The notes: a model not told the origin generated them from the sequence alone. Positions 10,537 through 20,274 are shown, counted from the stretch's first letter. The stretch is DNA of 64,000 nt from an uncultured Candidatus Rokubacteria bacterium (GCA_963799055.1 CAWCVP010000013.1:7866-71865), one strand, 5' to 3'. Numbers and translations: made by a program.

Positions 10537-11686
10537 CTAGGCGTTGACGTCCAGGCCGAGGGCCAGGCGCCCCGAGTAGAGGAGCTGCGCGCTGCCGCGG
10601 ACCGGGTGATAGCGGGCGCCCTGCACGTCGCGGAAGAGCCGCTCGAGGCCCAGCTCCCGGAAGAAACCGGCGCCGCCGGCCACCTCCATCGCGACCTCGA
10701 CGGCCCTGATCGCCGCCCGGCCGGCCACCGCCCGGCCGATCAGCACGTCGTTCGTCGTCTCGAGCGCCATGTGTCCGGAGCGCGGCCGCGTCGATCATCT
10801 GCCGCAGCGCCATCCGCGCGGTGGCCAGCTCCGTCTCCATCAGACCGACCAGCTCCTGGGTGCCGGCGTCGTGCCGTCGGCTGGCCGCCTGGCGAAGCCC
10901 GAGCGCGCGGGCGGCCTCCGCGATGCCGACGTAGACCGAGTAGATCAGCGGCAGCGCGATCGTCGCGACCACGTGCCACACCGGGCTCCACCGTCCCGCC
11001 GGACGGCGGACGCCGATCGCGGCGTCCGGCACGAACACGCCCTCGAGCACGACGTCGTGCGAGCCCGTTCCCCGCATGCCGAGCGAGCGCCAGTTGTCCT
11101 TCACGTCGAGGCCGGGAGCGTCGAACGGGATCGCGCAGTGCAGCACCGTCGGGCCGTTCTCGGGGTCGTCGTGGACCGCCATGGTCATGAACAGGTCTCC
11201 GACCGGCGAGCCGCTGGCGAACACCTTGCGACCGGTGACGCGGTAGCCGCCGTCCACCTTCTCGGCGCGACCCGACCCCGCCAGCCAGTCGGATCCGCCG
11301 CTGGTGACGAGGATCAGCTCCTCGGCGGCCACGCGTCGCAGAAAGGGCTCCGTCGGGGCGCCCTCGTGGCGCCACCGCCAGGCGGGGATCGCGACCTGGT
11401 GGGTGTGCATCGCCAGCGCGAGGGCGGTGGAGCCGCAGTATTGCGCGAGCACGCGCAGCATCGCGCACAGGTCGGCGTGCGTCGCGCCGCCGCCCCCGAG
11501 CTCGGCGGGCACGCCCGCCGAGAAGACCCGGCGCTCGCGCAGGTCGCGATAGTTCTCGGCGACGAAGACGTCGCCGGCATCGTGCGCGGCGGCACGAGCC
11601 GCGAAGCGCGGCCCGACTTCTCGAGCCATCGCGGGCCAATCGAAGCGCACCCGGTCACCGGTCGGCGCGGTCTGGGAACCAGACAT
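10537..11686 (-). CDS. acyl-CoA dehydrogenase family protein; apparent frameshift near 10775
   Basis: GGAGGGG then ATG at 11686. MSGSQTAP...ENYRDLRERRVFSAGVPAELGGGG...WRSLGMRGTGSHDVVLEGVFVP. The C-terminal MALETTNDVLIGRAV...FRDVQGARYHP is in ORF 10537..10770. Confidence 0.8.
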
Positions 11687-11817
11687 CGTCACCCCTCCTG
11701 CCGTCCTCGCGAGGGCCCGGCCCCCGACGGCCACAGAGTGCGCAACCGCGCCCACCGCTGCCAAGCCCAGAAAATGGACTTGCCACGGCCGACGGGAGGC
11801 GCCTAGAGTTGGCCAGC

Positions 11818-12519
11818 ATGACGGGCTACGGACAGTTCTGCCCCATCGCCGTGGCGTGCGAGACCTTCGCCGAGCGCTGGACGCCCTTGATCCTGCGAGA
11901 GTTGCTGGGCGGCGCACGGCGATTCAGCGAGATCCGCCAGTGCATCCCGCGCATCTCGCGGACGCTGCTCGCCCAGCGGCTGCGCGAGCTCGAGGACGCG
12001 GGCGTCGTCCAGAGCCGGCCGCGGGCCCGCGGCCGGGGTCGGGAGTACCAGCCGACGCGGGCGGCGGAGGAGCTCCGAGAGGTCCTGGAGCGGCTCGGCG
12101 AGTGGGGCCAGCGGTGGGGCACCGGCCAGTTCGACCCCGAGAATCTCGACCTGGCGCTGCTCATGTGGAACGTCCGCCGGCGAATCGACCTGCAGCGGCT
12201 TCCCCACCGCCGCGTGGTCGTTCGCTTCGATTTCCGCGCGTTCCCTCCGCGTTGCCGCGGCTTCCGGACGTGCTGGCTGATTCTCGAGCCCAAGGGCACG
12301 GACCTCTGCCTGAAGGATCCAGGGTTCGACGTCGACCTGGTCGTCACCGCCGACGCCGCGGCCATCGCACAGGTGTGGACGGGAGCCATCACGTTCGCGC
12401 AGGCGGTGCGGGCGGGCGGTCTCGCGATGGAGGGCCCACGCGATCTCGTCCGGGCGTTCCCGACCTGGCTCCTCCTGAGCCACTTCGCCCACGTCGAGCG
12501 ACCGGCGCGCGCAGGCTGA
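11818..12519 (+). CDS. HxlR-family winged-helix transcriptional regulator with a C-terminal extension
   Basis: YGQFCPIAVACETFAERWTPLILRELLGGARRFSEIRQCIPRISRTLLAQRLRELEDAGVV is the HxlR signature. Divergent from the acyl-CoA dehydrogenase operon, and 46 nt upstream of fdhA. Confidence 0.8.
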   Translation: MTGYGQFCPIAVACETFAERWTPLILRELLGGARRFSEIRQCIPRISRTLLAQRLRELEDAGVVQSRPRARGRGREYQPTRAAEELREVLERLGEWGQRWGTGQFDPENLDLALLMWNVRRRIDLQRLPHRRVVVRFDFRAFPPRCRGFRTCWLILEPKGTDLCLKDPGFDVDLVVTADAAAIAQVWTGAITFAQAVRAGGLAMEGPRDLVRAFPTWLLLSHFAHVERPARAG

Positions 12520-12564
12520 GCTCGAGGCCGCGGCCGGGCCCCGGACCCGGGCTAAGATAGGCCC

Positions 12565-15288
12565 ATGCGGCTGACCATCGACGCTCGGCCGGTGGAGGTG
12601 CCCGAGGGGGCGACGGTCCTCGACGCCGTCAACCGCCTCGGGATCGCGCTCCCCCAGCTCTGCAAGGACCCGGACCGGCCGCCGCTCGGCGCCTGCCGGA
12701 CGTGCCTGGTGGAGGTCGAGGGCCAGCGCGGTTTCCCCGCCTCGTGCCACCTGCCCGGCCGCGAGGCCATGGTCGTCCGCACCGACACGCCGGCGGTCGT
12801 CCGCATGCGCCGGGGCGTCCTCGACCTGACGCGCTCGATGCTCGAGGAGGGCGACGGGCGCGACGGCTTCGGCCAGCTCGGCGAGGCGGCGGCGCGCCAC
12901 GGGCTCGCGCGGCCGACGTGGGCGCCGCTCCACCGGCACGCCGTCGACGACTCGAAGTCGTTCTTCGTGCTCGACCGCGCGGCCTGCATCCTCTGCGGCC
13001 GCTGCACGACGGCCTGCGACGACGTCCAGCGGATCGGCGCGATCAGCCTCCTCGGGCGCGGCCACGCCGAGCGCGTCGGGGTCTTCGGCGACGGGCTGAT
13101 GGCCTCGTCGATCTGCACGTCCTGCGGCCAGTGCGTCGCCACCTGCCCGACCGGCGCGCTCCGCCCGAAGGAGACCCCCGCGGCGATCGTGCGGCGCGTC
13201 GAGACCACCTGCCCCTACTGCGGCGTCGGCTGCGGCATCGTGAGCGCGGTGCGGGACGACGGCCGGCTCGCCGTCATGGCCGACGACGTGCCGCGGAACC
13301 GCTCGAGCGAGGGCATGCTCTGCGTGAAGGGCCGGTTCGGCACGGGATTCGTTCACGCGAAGGACCGCATCGTCCGCCCGATGGTCAAGAGGGACGGCCG
13401 GTGGGAGACCGTCTCCTGGGACGCGGCCCTCGACGCGGCGGCGGCCGGGCTCGCGCGCCATCGGGGGCGGTTCGGCGCGCTCGCCTCGGCCAAGGCCACC
13501 AACGAGGACGGCTACCTCATCCAGAAGCTCTGCCGCGCCGTGATGGGCACGAACACCGTCGACCACTGCACGCGGCTCTGCCACTCCCCGTCGGTGGAGG
13601 CGATGCTGACGTCGATGGGCTCCGGCGCCACCTCGAACTCGTACGTCGACTACGAGGAGGCCGGGTGCCTCATGGTCGTCGGGGCGGACGCGAGCGCCAA
13701 CCACCCGGTGATCGCCATCCGCTTCCGCCGCGCCCACGCGCGCGGCGCTCGCATCATCGTGGTCAACCCGAAGCGGATCGAGCTGTGCGACTACGCCCAC
13801 GTGTGGATCCGTCCGCGCGCGGGGGCGGACGTCGCGCTCTTCAACGCGATGGGGCGGGTCATCCTCGACGAGGGGCTCTGGGACGAGGCCTTCGTCCGAT
13901 CGCGCACCGAGGACTTCGACGCCTGGCGGGCCGCGGTGGAGCCCTACACCCCGGAGCGCGCCGCGGCGCTCACGGGCGTGCCGGCGGCCGACATCGTCCA
14001 GGCCGCCCGCTGGTACGCGCGGCCGCCCTACGCGGGGTCGTGCCTCATCTGGGGGATGGGCATCACCCAGCACACGAACGGCACCGCGAACGCCCACGCG
14101 CTCCTGAACCTCGCCCTCGTCACCGGGCAGCTCGGGAAGCCCGCGAACGGGATCTCCCCGCTCCGCGGCCAGAACAACGTCCAGGGCTGCGGCGACGCCG
14201 GGTGCATCCCGACGAACCTCCCCGGCTACCAGCGCTACGACGACGCCACGCTCGCGAAGTTCGAGCGCGCGTGGGGCATCCGCCCACCGGCCGAGCCCGG
14301 CCTGGTCGTGACGGACATGGTGGAGGGCTGCCTCGACGGACGGATCCGCGCGATGTACGTGGTGGGCGAGAACCCGCTCCTGTCGGAGCCCGACCTTCAT
14401 CACGCGCGGAAGGCCCTCGGTCAGCTCGACTGCCTCGTCGTCCAGGACCTCTTCCTCCACGAGACCGCGGAGCTCGCCCACGTGTTCCTCCCGGCGGCCG
14501 GGTTCGCCGAGAAGGAGGGCACGTTCACGAACTCCGAGCGCCGCGTCCAGCGCGTCCGCCGGGTGCTCGACCCCGCCGGCGATGCGCGGCCGGACTGGTG
14601 GATCACGGCGGAGCTGGCGAAGCGCCTCGCGCGGCGGGTCGGCCTGCCGGCCGAGGGCTTCGACTACCGGGATGCCTCCCAGGTCTGGGACGAGATGGCC
14701 GGGCTGGTGCCCTTCCTCGCCGGGATCTCGCACGCGCGTCTCGACCGGGAGGGGGGGCTCCAGTGGCCCTGCCCGGCGCCCGATCACCCCGGCACGCCGT
14801 ATCTCTACGGGGAGAGCTTCCCGCGCGGCCTGGGGAAGTTCGTCCCGGTCACCCAGGGCGAGCGGGCGGCGGAGCTGCCGGATCCGGACTACCCGTTCGT
14901 CCTCAACACCGGACGGCTCCTCTACCACTGGCACGGGGGGACGATCACGCGGCGCGTCCCGGGGCTGCTCGAGCTCGAGCCGCGGCTCCGCGTGGCGATC
15001 CACCCCCTGGACGCGCGGCGCCTCCGGCTCCACGACGGCGACCCGGTCCGGCTCACCTCCCGGCGGGGGGAGCTGGAGGGGTACGCGCGGCTGACCGAGG
15101 ACGTGCGCGCCGGCGAGGTGTTCGTGCCCTTCGTGAAGCTCGCCGAGTCCGCGGCCAATTTCCTCACGAACTCCGCCCACGACCCGACGTCGAAGATCCC
15201 CGAATACAAGGTCTGCGCCGTGCGCGTGGAGGCGGTGCGCGCCGAGGCGGAGAGCCACTCCACCGCGGCCGCCCGTCCTCGCGCCTGA
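12565..15288 (+). CDS. fdhA: formate dehydrogenase alpha subunit (molybdopterin, NAD-linked FdsA/FdhA type), Cys variant
   Basis: N-terminal 2Fe-2S and 4Fe-4S cysteine clusters (CRTCLVEVEG, CILCGRCTTAC, CTSCGQCVATCP, CPYCGVGC). Active-site VDHCTRLCHSPSV has Cys where FdhF carries Sec. 907 aa, intact. Confidence 0.9.
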   Translation: MRLTIDARPVEVPEGATVLDAVNRLGIALPQLCKDPDRPPLGACRTCLVEVEGQRGFPASCHLPGREAMVVRTDTPAVVRMRRGVLDLTRSMLEEGDGRDGFGQLGEAAARHGLARPTWAPLHRHAVDDSKSFFVLDRAACILCGRCTTACDDVQRIGAISLLGRGHAERVGVFGDGLMASSICTSCGQCVATCPTGALRPKETPAAIVRRVETTCPYCGVGCGIVSAVRDDGRLAVMADDVPRNRSSEGMLCVKGRFGTGFVHAKDRIVRPMVKRDGRWETVSWDAALDAAAAGLARHRGRFGALASAKATNEDGYLIQKLCRAVMGTNTVDHCTRLCHSPSVEAMLTSMGSGATSNSYVDYEEAGCLMVVGADASANHPVIAIRFRRAHARGARIIVVNPKRIELCDYAHVWIRPRAGADVALFNAMGRVILDEGLWDEAFVRSRTEDFDAWRAAVEPYTPERAAALTGVPAADIVQAARWYARPPYAGSCLIWGMGITQHTNGTANAHALLNLALVTGQLGKPANGISPLRGQNNVQGCGDAGCIPTNLPGYQRYDDATLAKFERAWGIRPPAEPGLVVTDMVEGCLDGRIRAMYVVGENPLLSEPDLHHARKALGQLDCLVVQDLFLHETAELAHVFLPAAGFAEKEGTFTNSERRVQRVRRVLDPAGDARPDWWITAELAKRLARRVGLPAEGFDYRDASQVWDEMAGLVPFLAGISHARLDREGGLQWPCPAPDHPGTPYLYGESFPRGLGKFVPVTQGERAAELPDPDYPFVLNTGRLLYHWHGGTITRRVPGLLELEPRLRVAIHPLDARRLRLHDGDPVRLTSRRGELEGYARLTEDVRAGEVFVPFVKLAESAANFLTNSAHDPTSKIPEYKVCAVRVEAVRAEAESHSTAAARPRA

Positions 15289-15307
15289 CCCAGGCGGGGA
15301 ACACACC

Positions 15308-15670
15308 TCAGAGCGGGCGGGCGAAGGAGAGCTCGTGCCCGTCCGGGTCCGTGAGGTGGAAGTAGCGTTCGCCCCACTCGGCGTCCCGGGGCGGACCTTC
15401 GGGCGATAGCCCGGCGGCGCCCGCCCGGGCATGGAGGAGATCCACGTCGTCGACGTGGATGATCACCCGGCCCCACCAGCTCCACCGGGCCCCCGCCGGC
15501 GCCGCGATGAGGTTCAGGTAGCCCTCGCCGACCGCGAACGACGTGAACGCCGCCGTCTCGCCGCCCGAGACGCGGTCGAAGCCGAGCGCGCGGTAGAACC
15601 GCACGGCGCGCCCCATGTCGCGGGTGGCCAAGGTGACAGCGCTGATCGCGCGGAAGCGGGGCGGGGCCAC
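15308..15670 (-). CDS. VOC-family (glyoxalase/bleomycin-resistance fold) protein
   Basis: 120 aa. AVTLATRDMGRAVRFYRALGF...FHLTDPDGHELSF is the typical VOC beta-alpha-beta-beta-beta pattern. Intact. Confidence 0.75.
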   Translation of the reverse strand: MAPPRFRAISAVTLATRDMGRAVRFYRALGFDRVSGGETAAFTSFAVGEGYLNLIAAPAGARWSWWGRVIIHVDDVDLLHARAGAAGLSPEGPPRDAEWGERYFHLTDPDGHELSFARPL

Positions 15671-15850
15671 GCGGCATTGTAGCTCGCCGCGGAGGCGACC
15701 GAGCCCTAGCCCGCCGCGCGGCGGGCGGTCACCCGACGACGGCGTGGCCCACCCCTCCCCCTTCTAAGTGCGCGGATCCATGGCCTCGCGTGAGGGGGGT
15801 GCATGGGACATCCCCGTCATTCGTCGGAAGGGAAGCGAAGGGAGGTCTCC

Positions 15851-16072
15851 ATGACGAACACTGGCATGCGGTGGATCTCGGCGGTCGCGGGCCTCGTGCT
15901 CGCGTCGTCCCTCGTCACGGCCTGCGGCACGCTGGGCGGCGCGGCGGTGGGCGCCGGCTCGGGCGCGGCGATCGGGGCCGGGACCGGGTACGGCGCCGGC
16001 AAGGGTGCCCTCATCGGCACGGGTGTCGGCGCGGCCGCCGGCGCGATCTACGACGTCTCGAAGCGACGGTGA
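15851..16072 (+). CDS. glycine-zipper lipoprotein (copy 1)
   Basis: GGGAGG then ATG. Lipobox LVTAC, then GAAVGAGSGAAIGAGTGYGAGKGALIGTGVGAAAGAIYD. 73 aa. Paralog at 20053..20274. Confidence 0.7.
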   Translation: MTNTGMRWISAVAGLVLASSLVTACGTLGGAAVGAGSGAAIGAGTGYGAGKGALIGTGVGAAAGAIYDVSKRR

Positions 16073-16242
16073 CGGGCGACCGCATCAAGGCACGGCGGCG
16101 GCAGCCCTAGTCCGCGCAGTGACGAGCCACCCGGTCGCCCGCCGAGCGGGCGACCGGGGCCTGCGGCGTTTCACGCTTCCGCCCGGCCGGGGTCTCACTC
16201 GGCGTGGTCGACGATCCACACCATTCCACCCGGGAGGGACAG

Positions 16243-16699
16243 ATGAGCGACAAGGCCACGCTGCTGCGCGACGGGAACGAGGCGTTCAGGAGCTCCACGG
16301 GGCGATCGACGGCCTGGCGGAGGCCGACATGCGGGAGATCTGGTTCGGCACCTGGGGCGTGCGGGAGATCCTGATCCACATCGCGGGCTGGCACGAGGCC
16401 ATGACGCCGGCCCTCCGCCGCATCGCGAAGGGGCGAGGCGCCGTATCCGCCGGGCGCCTACGACGACGCGGACGCGTGGAACGCGCGGTTCGTCGAGGGG
16501 CAGCGGGGCGTGAAGGCGGTCGACCTCCTGGTCCGGGTCGACGCCACCCACCGGGCGTTCGTCGCCGCGGCCGACGCGGTGCCGGAGCCGCACTTCGAGC
16601 CGGGCGGAGCGGCCCGGGACGTGTTCGACGGCTCGGGCCCCGCCCACTATCGCGAGCACGCGGCCCAGATCCGGGAGTGGCGCCAGCAGGCTCGGCTAG
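16243..16699 (+). CDS. DinB-like four-helix-bundle protein; two apparent frameshifts (about 16290 and 16433); 3' end uncertain
   Basis: MSDKATLLRDGNEAFR (frame 1), then ELHGAIDGLAEADMREIWFGTWGVREILIHIAGWHEAM (frame 3), then APYPPGAYDDADAWNARFVEGQRG...HYREHAAQIREW (frame 1). No in-frame stop before the palindromic element at 16700. Confidence 0.55.
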
Positions 16700-16782
16700 G
16701 GGGTCAGACTTTGACTTCCGGACAATTCTGCAAGCGCGCGACGGCGCGGCCGAAAATTGTTAGGAAGTCAAAGTCTGACCCC
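16700..16782. repeat. palindromic intergenic element, copy 1 (GGGGTCAG...CTGACCCC family)
   Basis: Perfect 20-bp arms: GGGGTCAGACTTTGACTTCC (16700..16719) and GGAAGTCAAAGTCTGACCCC (16763..16782). Inner ACAATT/AATTGT pairing. Noticeably AT-richer than its surroundings. Confidence 0.8.
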
Positions 16783-16881
16783 GGACTGGCGCTCTGCCCG
16801 AGCCTTGGGGTATCGTGCCGTAATTCATCGGGGCTGCGCGGGGAGTCCAGGCCGCGCCCTACCCAAGGAGGGTTCGGGACC

Positions 16882-17850
16882 ATGACCATGAGATCCGCGG
16901 CGGTCGGCGGTGCTGGCGGCCGGGCTCGTCCTGTCGAGCCTGGCGAGGCCCAGGAGAAGGTGCAGCTCTCGATCGGGACCGGCGGGACGGGCGGCGTCTA
17001 CTACCCGCTCGGCGGCGGCATCGCCAACGCGCTGTCGAAGAGCGTGCCGGGGATGTCCGCGACCGCGGAGGTGACGGGCGGCTCGGTCGACAACCTGAAG
17101 CTCGTCGCGAGCGGCAAGCCCTATCTCGCCATGACGATGGCCGACGCCGGGCAGGACGCCTTCCGCGGCGAGGACAAGTTCAAGGGCAACAAGGTCCCGC
17201 TCCGGACCCTCATGATCATGTACCCGAACCGCATGCACGTGGTCACCATCGAGGGGACCGGCATCAACACGCTGGCGGATCTCAAGGGCAAGCGCGTCTC
17301 GACGGGCTCGCCGGGGAGCGCCACCGAGGTCATGGGCTTCCGGGTGATCGAGGCGGCGGGCCTCGATAAGGACAAGGACATGCGCCGCGAGCGGCTCGGC
17401 GTCGCCGAGTCGGTGAACGCGATCAAGGACAAGAAGATCGACGCCTTCTTCTGGGTCGGCGGGCTGCCGACGGCGGCCGTCACCGACCTGGCGAACACCC
17501 CGGGCGTCCGGATCAAGCTGATCGACCACGTCCAGGTGGTGGCGCCCATGAACAAGAAGTACGGGCAGCTCTACTCCGAGGACACCATCCCGAAGGCGAC
17601 CTACAAGGGCATGGAGACCGACAACAAGAACGCCACGGTGTGGAACATCCTCGTCTCGCACGAGAACATGAGCGACGCCCTCGCGTACAGCATCGTGAAG
17701 ACGATCTTCGAGAAGCGCGAGGACCTGATCGCCGTGCACCGGGAGGCGGAGAACTTCAAGCTCGAGCTGCAGAAGGCGGCCGCGACGCCGATCCCCTTCC
17801 ACCCGGGGGCGCTGAAGTACTTCGCCGAGAAGGGCGTCAAGGTCAACTGA
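16882..17850 (+). CDS. TAXI-family TRAP transporter solute-binding protein (system 1); two compensating frameshifts in the signal peptide (about 16905 and 16945)
   Basis: AAGGAGG then ATG. Mature part QEKVQLSIGTGGTGGVYYPLGGGIANALSK...FHPGALKYFAEKG is typical TAXI. The hydrophobic signal core VLAAGLVLSSLA reads only in the +1 frame. Confidence 0.85.
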   Translation: MTMRSAAVGGAGGRARPVEPGEAQEKVQLSIGTGGTGGVYYPLGGGIANALSKSVPGMSATAEVTGGSVDNLKLVASGKPYLAMTMADAGQDAFRGEDKFKGNKVPLRTLMIMYPNRMHVVTIEGTGINTLADLKGKRVSTGSPGSATEVMGFRVIEAAGLDKDKDMRRERLGVAESVNAIKDKKIDAFFWVGGLPTAAVTDLANTPGVRIKLIDHVQVVAPMNKKYGQLYSEDTIPKATYKGMETDNKNATVWNILVSHENMSDALAYSIVKTIFEKREDLIAVHREAENFKLELQKAAATPIPFHPGALKYFAEKGVKVN

Positions 17851-17860
17851 CCGCGCCGCC

Positions 17861-19903
17861 ATGGTGGCGCCGGAGGAGCCAGCTCCCGCCGAGCCGGTCG
17901 TCGTCGACGAGCAGGCGCTCCGGCGCGCCGAGGCCTACGTCGAGGAGGAAGAGGGCGCCGCCAACCGGCTCCACGGCGCCCTCGGCGGCGCCGTGGCGGC
18001 GCTGGCGGTCGCTGATGTCGCTGTTCCACCTGTACGCGGCGTACTCCATCGTCCCGACCCACGCCCTCCGGGCGATCCACGTCGCCTTCGTCCTGGCCCT
18101 GTCGTTCCTCGTGTTCCCCGTCGCGCGGCGCTTCCGCCACCGCGTCATGTGGTGGGACTGGCTGGCCGGGATCGCCGCGGTGGTCGTGGTGGCGTACATG
18201 CTCCACGGCGGCGACGACTTCACCGACCGCAACACCTCGCCGGACACGTGGGACATCGTGCTCGGCGTGACGCTGATCGTGCTGATCCTCGAGGCGATGC
18301 GCCGGACCTCGGGCTGGGTGATGCCGGTGGTCTCGCTGGCCTTCGTCGCCTACGCCCTCGTCGGCCCCTGGCTCCCCGCCCCCTGGACCCACAAGGGCTA
18401 CGACGTCGGCCGGCTGGTCGGCCACATGTACATGACGCTCGAGGGCATCTTCGGCGTCGCCATCGACGTCTCCTCCTCGCTCATCATCCTGTTCACGATC
18501 TACGGCGCCTTCCTCCAGTTCTCCGGCGCCGGCAAGTTCTTCCTCGACTTCTCCTTCGCCGCGATGGGGGGCAAGCCCAGCGGGGCCGGGCGCACCATCG
18601 TCCTCGCCTCGTTCCTCCTGGGCGGGCCGTCGGGCAGCGGCGTGGCGACCACCGTGACGATGGGATCGGTCGCCTACCCGATGCTCGCGCGGGCCGGCTA
18701 CGGGAAGGAGGCGGCGGGCGGGCTCCTGGCGGCCGGCGGGCTCGGCGCCATCATCTCGCCGCCGGTCCTCGGCGCGGCGGCGTTCCTCATCGCCGAGTTC
18801 CTGAAGATCTCCTACCTCGACGTGCTGCTGATGGCCGTCATCCCGACCGGCCTCTACTACTTCGCCCTCTTCCTCATGGTCGAGATCGACGCGCGCAAGT
18901 TCCGCATGCACGCCGTCGCCATCGAGCGCGCGGAGTCGATCGGGCAGCCTCACGCGGCGCTTCTGGTTCCACTTCCTCTCGCTGGTGTCGATCGTCGCCT
19001 TCATGCTGATGGGGTTCTCGCCGGTGCTGTCCGTGTTCTGGGCCACGGTGGTCGCCTTCCTCACGAGCCTCCTCCGGCCCGAGAGCGCGATGCTCTCGTA
19101 CGACCTCTTCCGCGGCCGGGGGCCGATCGTCCCGCAGGTCCTCCGCTCCAAGCTCGTGCAGGCGCTCGAGGGCGGGTCGATCGGCATGCTGAACGTCGGC
19201 GCGACCTGCGCCGGCGCGGGCCTCATCGTCGGCGTGGTGACGCTCACCGGGCTCGGGCTGAAGTTCTCCGCGATCATCCTCGACTATGCCGGCGGGTCGC
19301 TGCTCCTGACCGCGATCTTCACCGCCCTCACCGTGTGGATCGTGGGGCTCGCGGTGCCGGTGACGGCCTCCTACATCATCTGCGCCGTGATCGCCGCGCC
19401 CGCCCTGATCAAGCTGGGCGTCCCCGACTTCGCCGCGCACATGTTCATCTTCTACTACGCGGTCCTGTCGGAGGTGTCGCCGCCCACCGCGCTGTCGCCC
19501 TTCGCGGCGGCGGCGATCACCGGCGGCGACCCGTACCGGACGACGCTCCAGTCGTGGAAGTACACGATGCCGGCGTTCCTGGTGCCGTTCATGTTCGTCC
19601 TGGATCCCGTCGGGCCAGGGGCTCCTCCTCACGGGCTCCATCAAGGGGCTCGGGCAAGCCGACTGGGGCGCGATCGGGCTCGTGACCACGACCGCCGCGA
19701 TCGGGATCTCCGCCCTCGCCGGCGGCTTCCAGGGCTGGCTCCTCCGGCGGACGACCGGGCTCGAGCAGGCGATGCTCGTCGTCGCCGGCCTGGCGCTGGT
19801 CTACCCGCGGCCCCTGTTCGATGCGATCGGCGTCGGGCTCTTCGCGCTCGTCCTCGTCCTGCAGTACGCGCGCCGCGCCGCGCCCGCCCGCCTCCCGGCC
19901 TGA
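17861..19903 (+). CDS. TRAP transporter fused 4TM/12TM permease (system 1); three apparent frameshifts (about 18012, 18948, 19612)
   Basis: Collinear pieces in ORFs 17861.., 17640..19685, 18985.. and 19682..19903: SLFHLYAAYSIVPT..., GGPSGSGVATTVTMGSVAYPML, SYIICAVIAAPALIKLGVP, FYYAVLSEVSPPTALSPFAAAAI. Clear paralog of the permease at 45149..47808. Confidence 0.85.
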
Positions 19904-20052
19904 CGCCGCCGTCACGCTCGTCGCGCTGTCGCTCGGGCGACAGCGTGGCGTCGCGGCCTCTCGTAAGTGCGCGCCATTGCGATGACGCGGCCACGTCGCC
20001 TCGCGGGCACGGAACTTGCCCCGCTTCGTTGGCAACAAGAGGAGGGTCCTCG

Positions 20053-20274
20053 ATGACGAAGCAGCGGACGCGATGGATGGCCCCGCTCGCGGGGCTGGTG
20101 CTGGCGTCGTCCCTGGTCAGCGCCTGCGGCACGGTCGGCGGCGCCGCGGTCGGCGCGGGCTCGGGCGCGGCGATCGGAGCCGGCACGGGGTACGGCGCGG
20201 GCAAGGGCGCGCTCATCGGCACGGGCGTGGGCGCGGCGGCCGGCGCGGTCTACGACATCATGAAGAAGAACTGA
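20053..20274 (+). CDS. glycine-zipper lipoprotein (copy 2)
   Basis: GAGGAGGG then ATG. Lipobox LVSAC. 73 aa, with 58 of 73 residues identical to copy 1 by my manual alignment. The roughly 90 nt of 5' leader is also similar. Confidence 0.7.
   Translation: MTKQRTRWMAPLAGLVLASSLVSACGTVGGAAVGAGSGAAIGAGTGYGAGKGALIGTGVGAAAGAVYDIMKKN

Noticed and set aside
11803-15432. 1209-aa ORF on the minus strand
   Set aside because: It is entirely antisense to the well-supported fdhA and HxlR genes. Its Arg/Gly/Pro/Ala-rich, low-complexity translation is typical of shadow ORFs in very GC-rich DNA, and I saw no recognisable motifs.
15800-15850. ECF-sigma-type promoter (GGAAC ... CGTT) in the leaders of both lipoprotein genes
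   Set aside because: The GG[GA]AC and CGT[CT] blocks are conserved between the two copies, but they are separated by only 11-12 nt, too short for the usual 16-17 nt ECF spacer. I report them only as conserved leader blocks.
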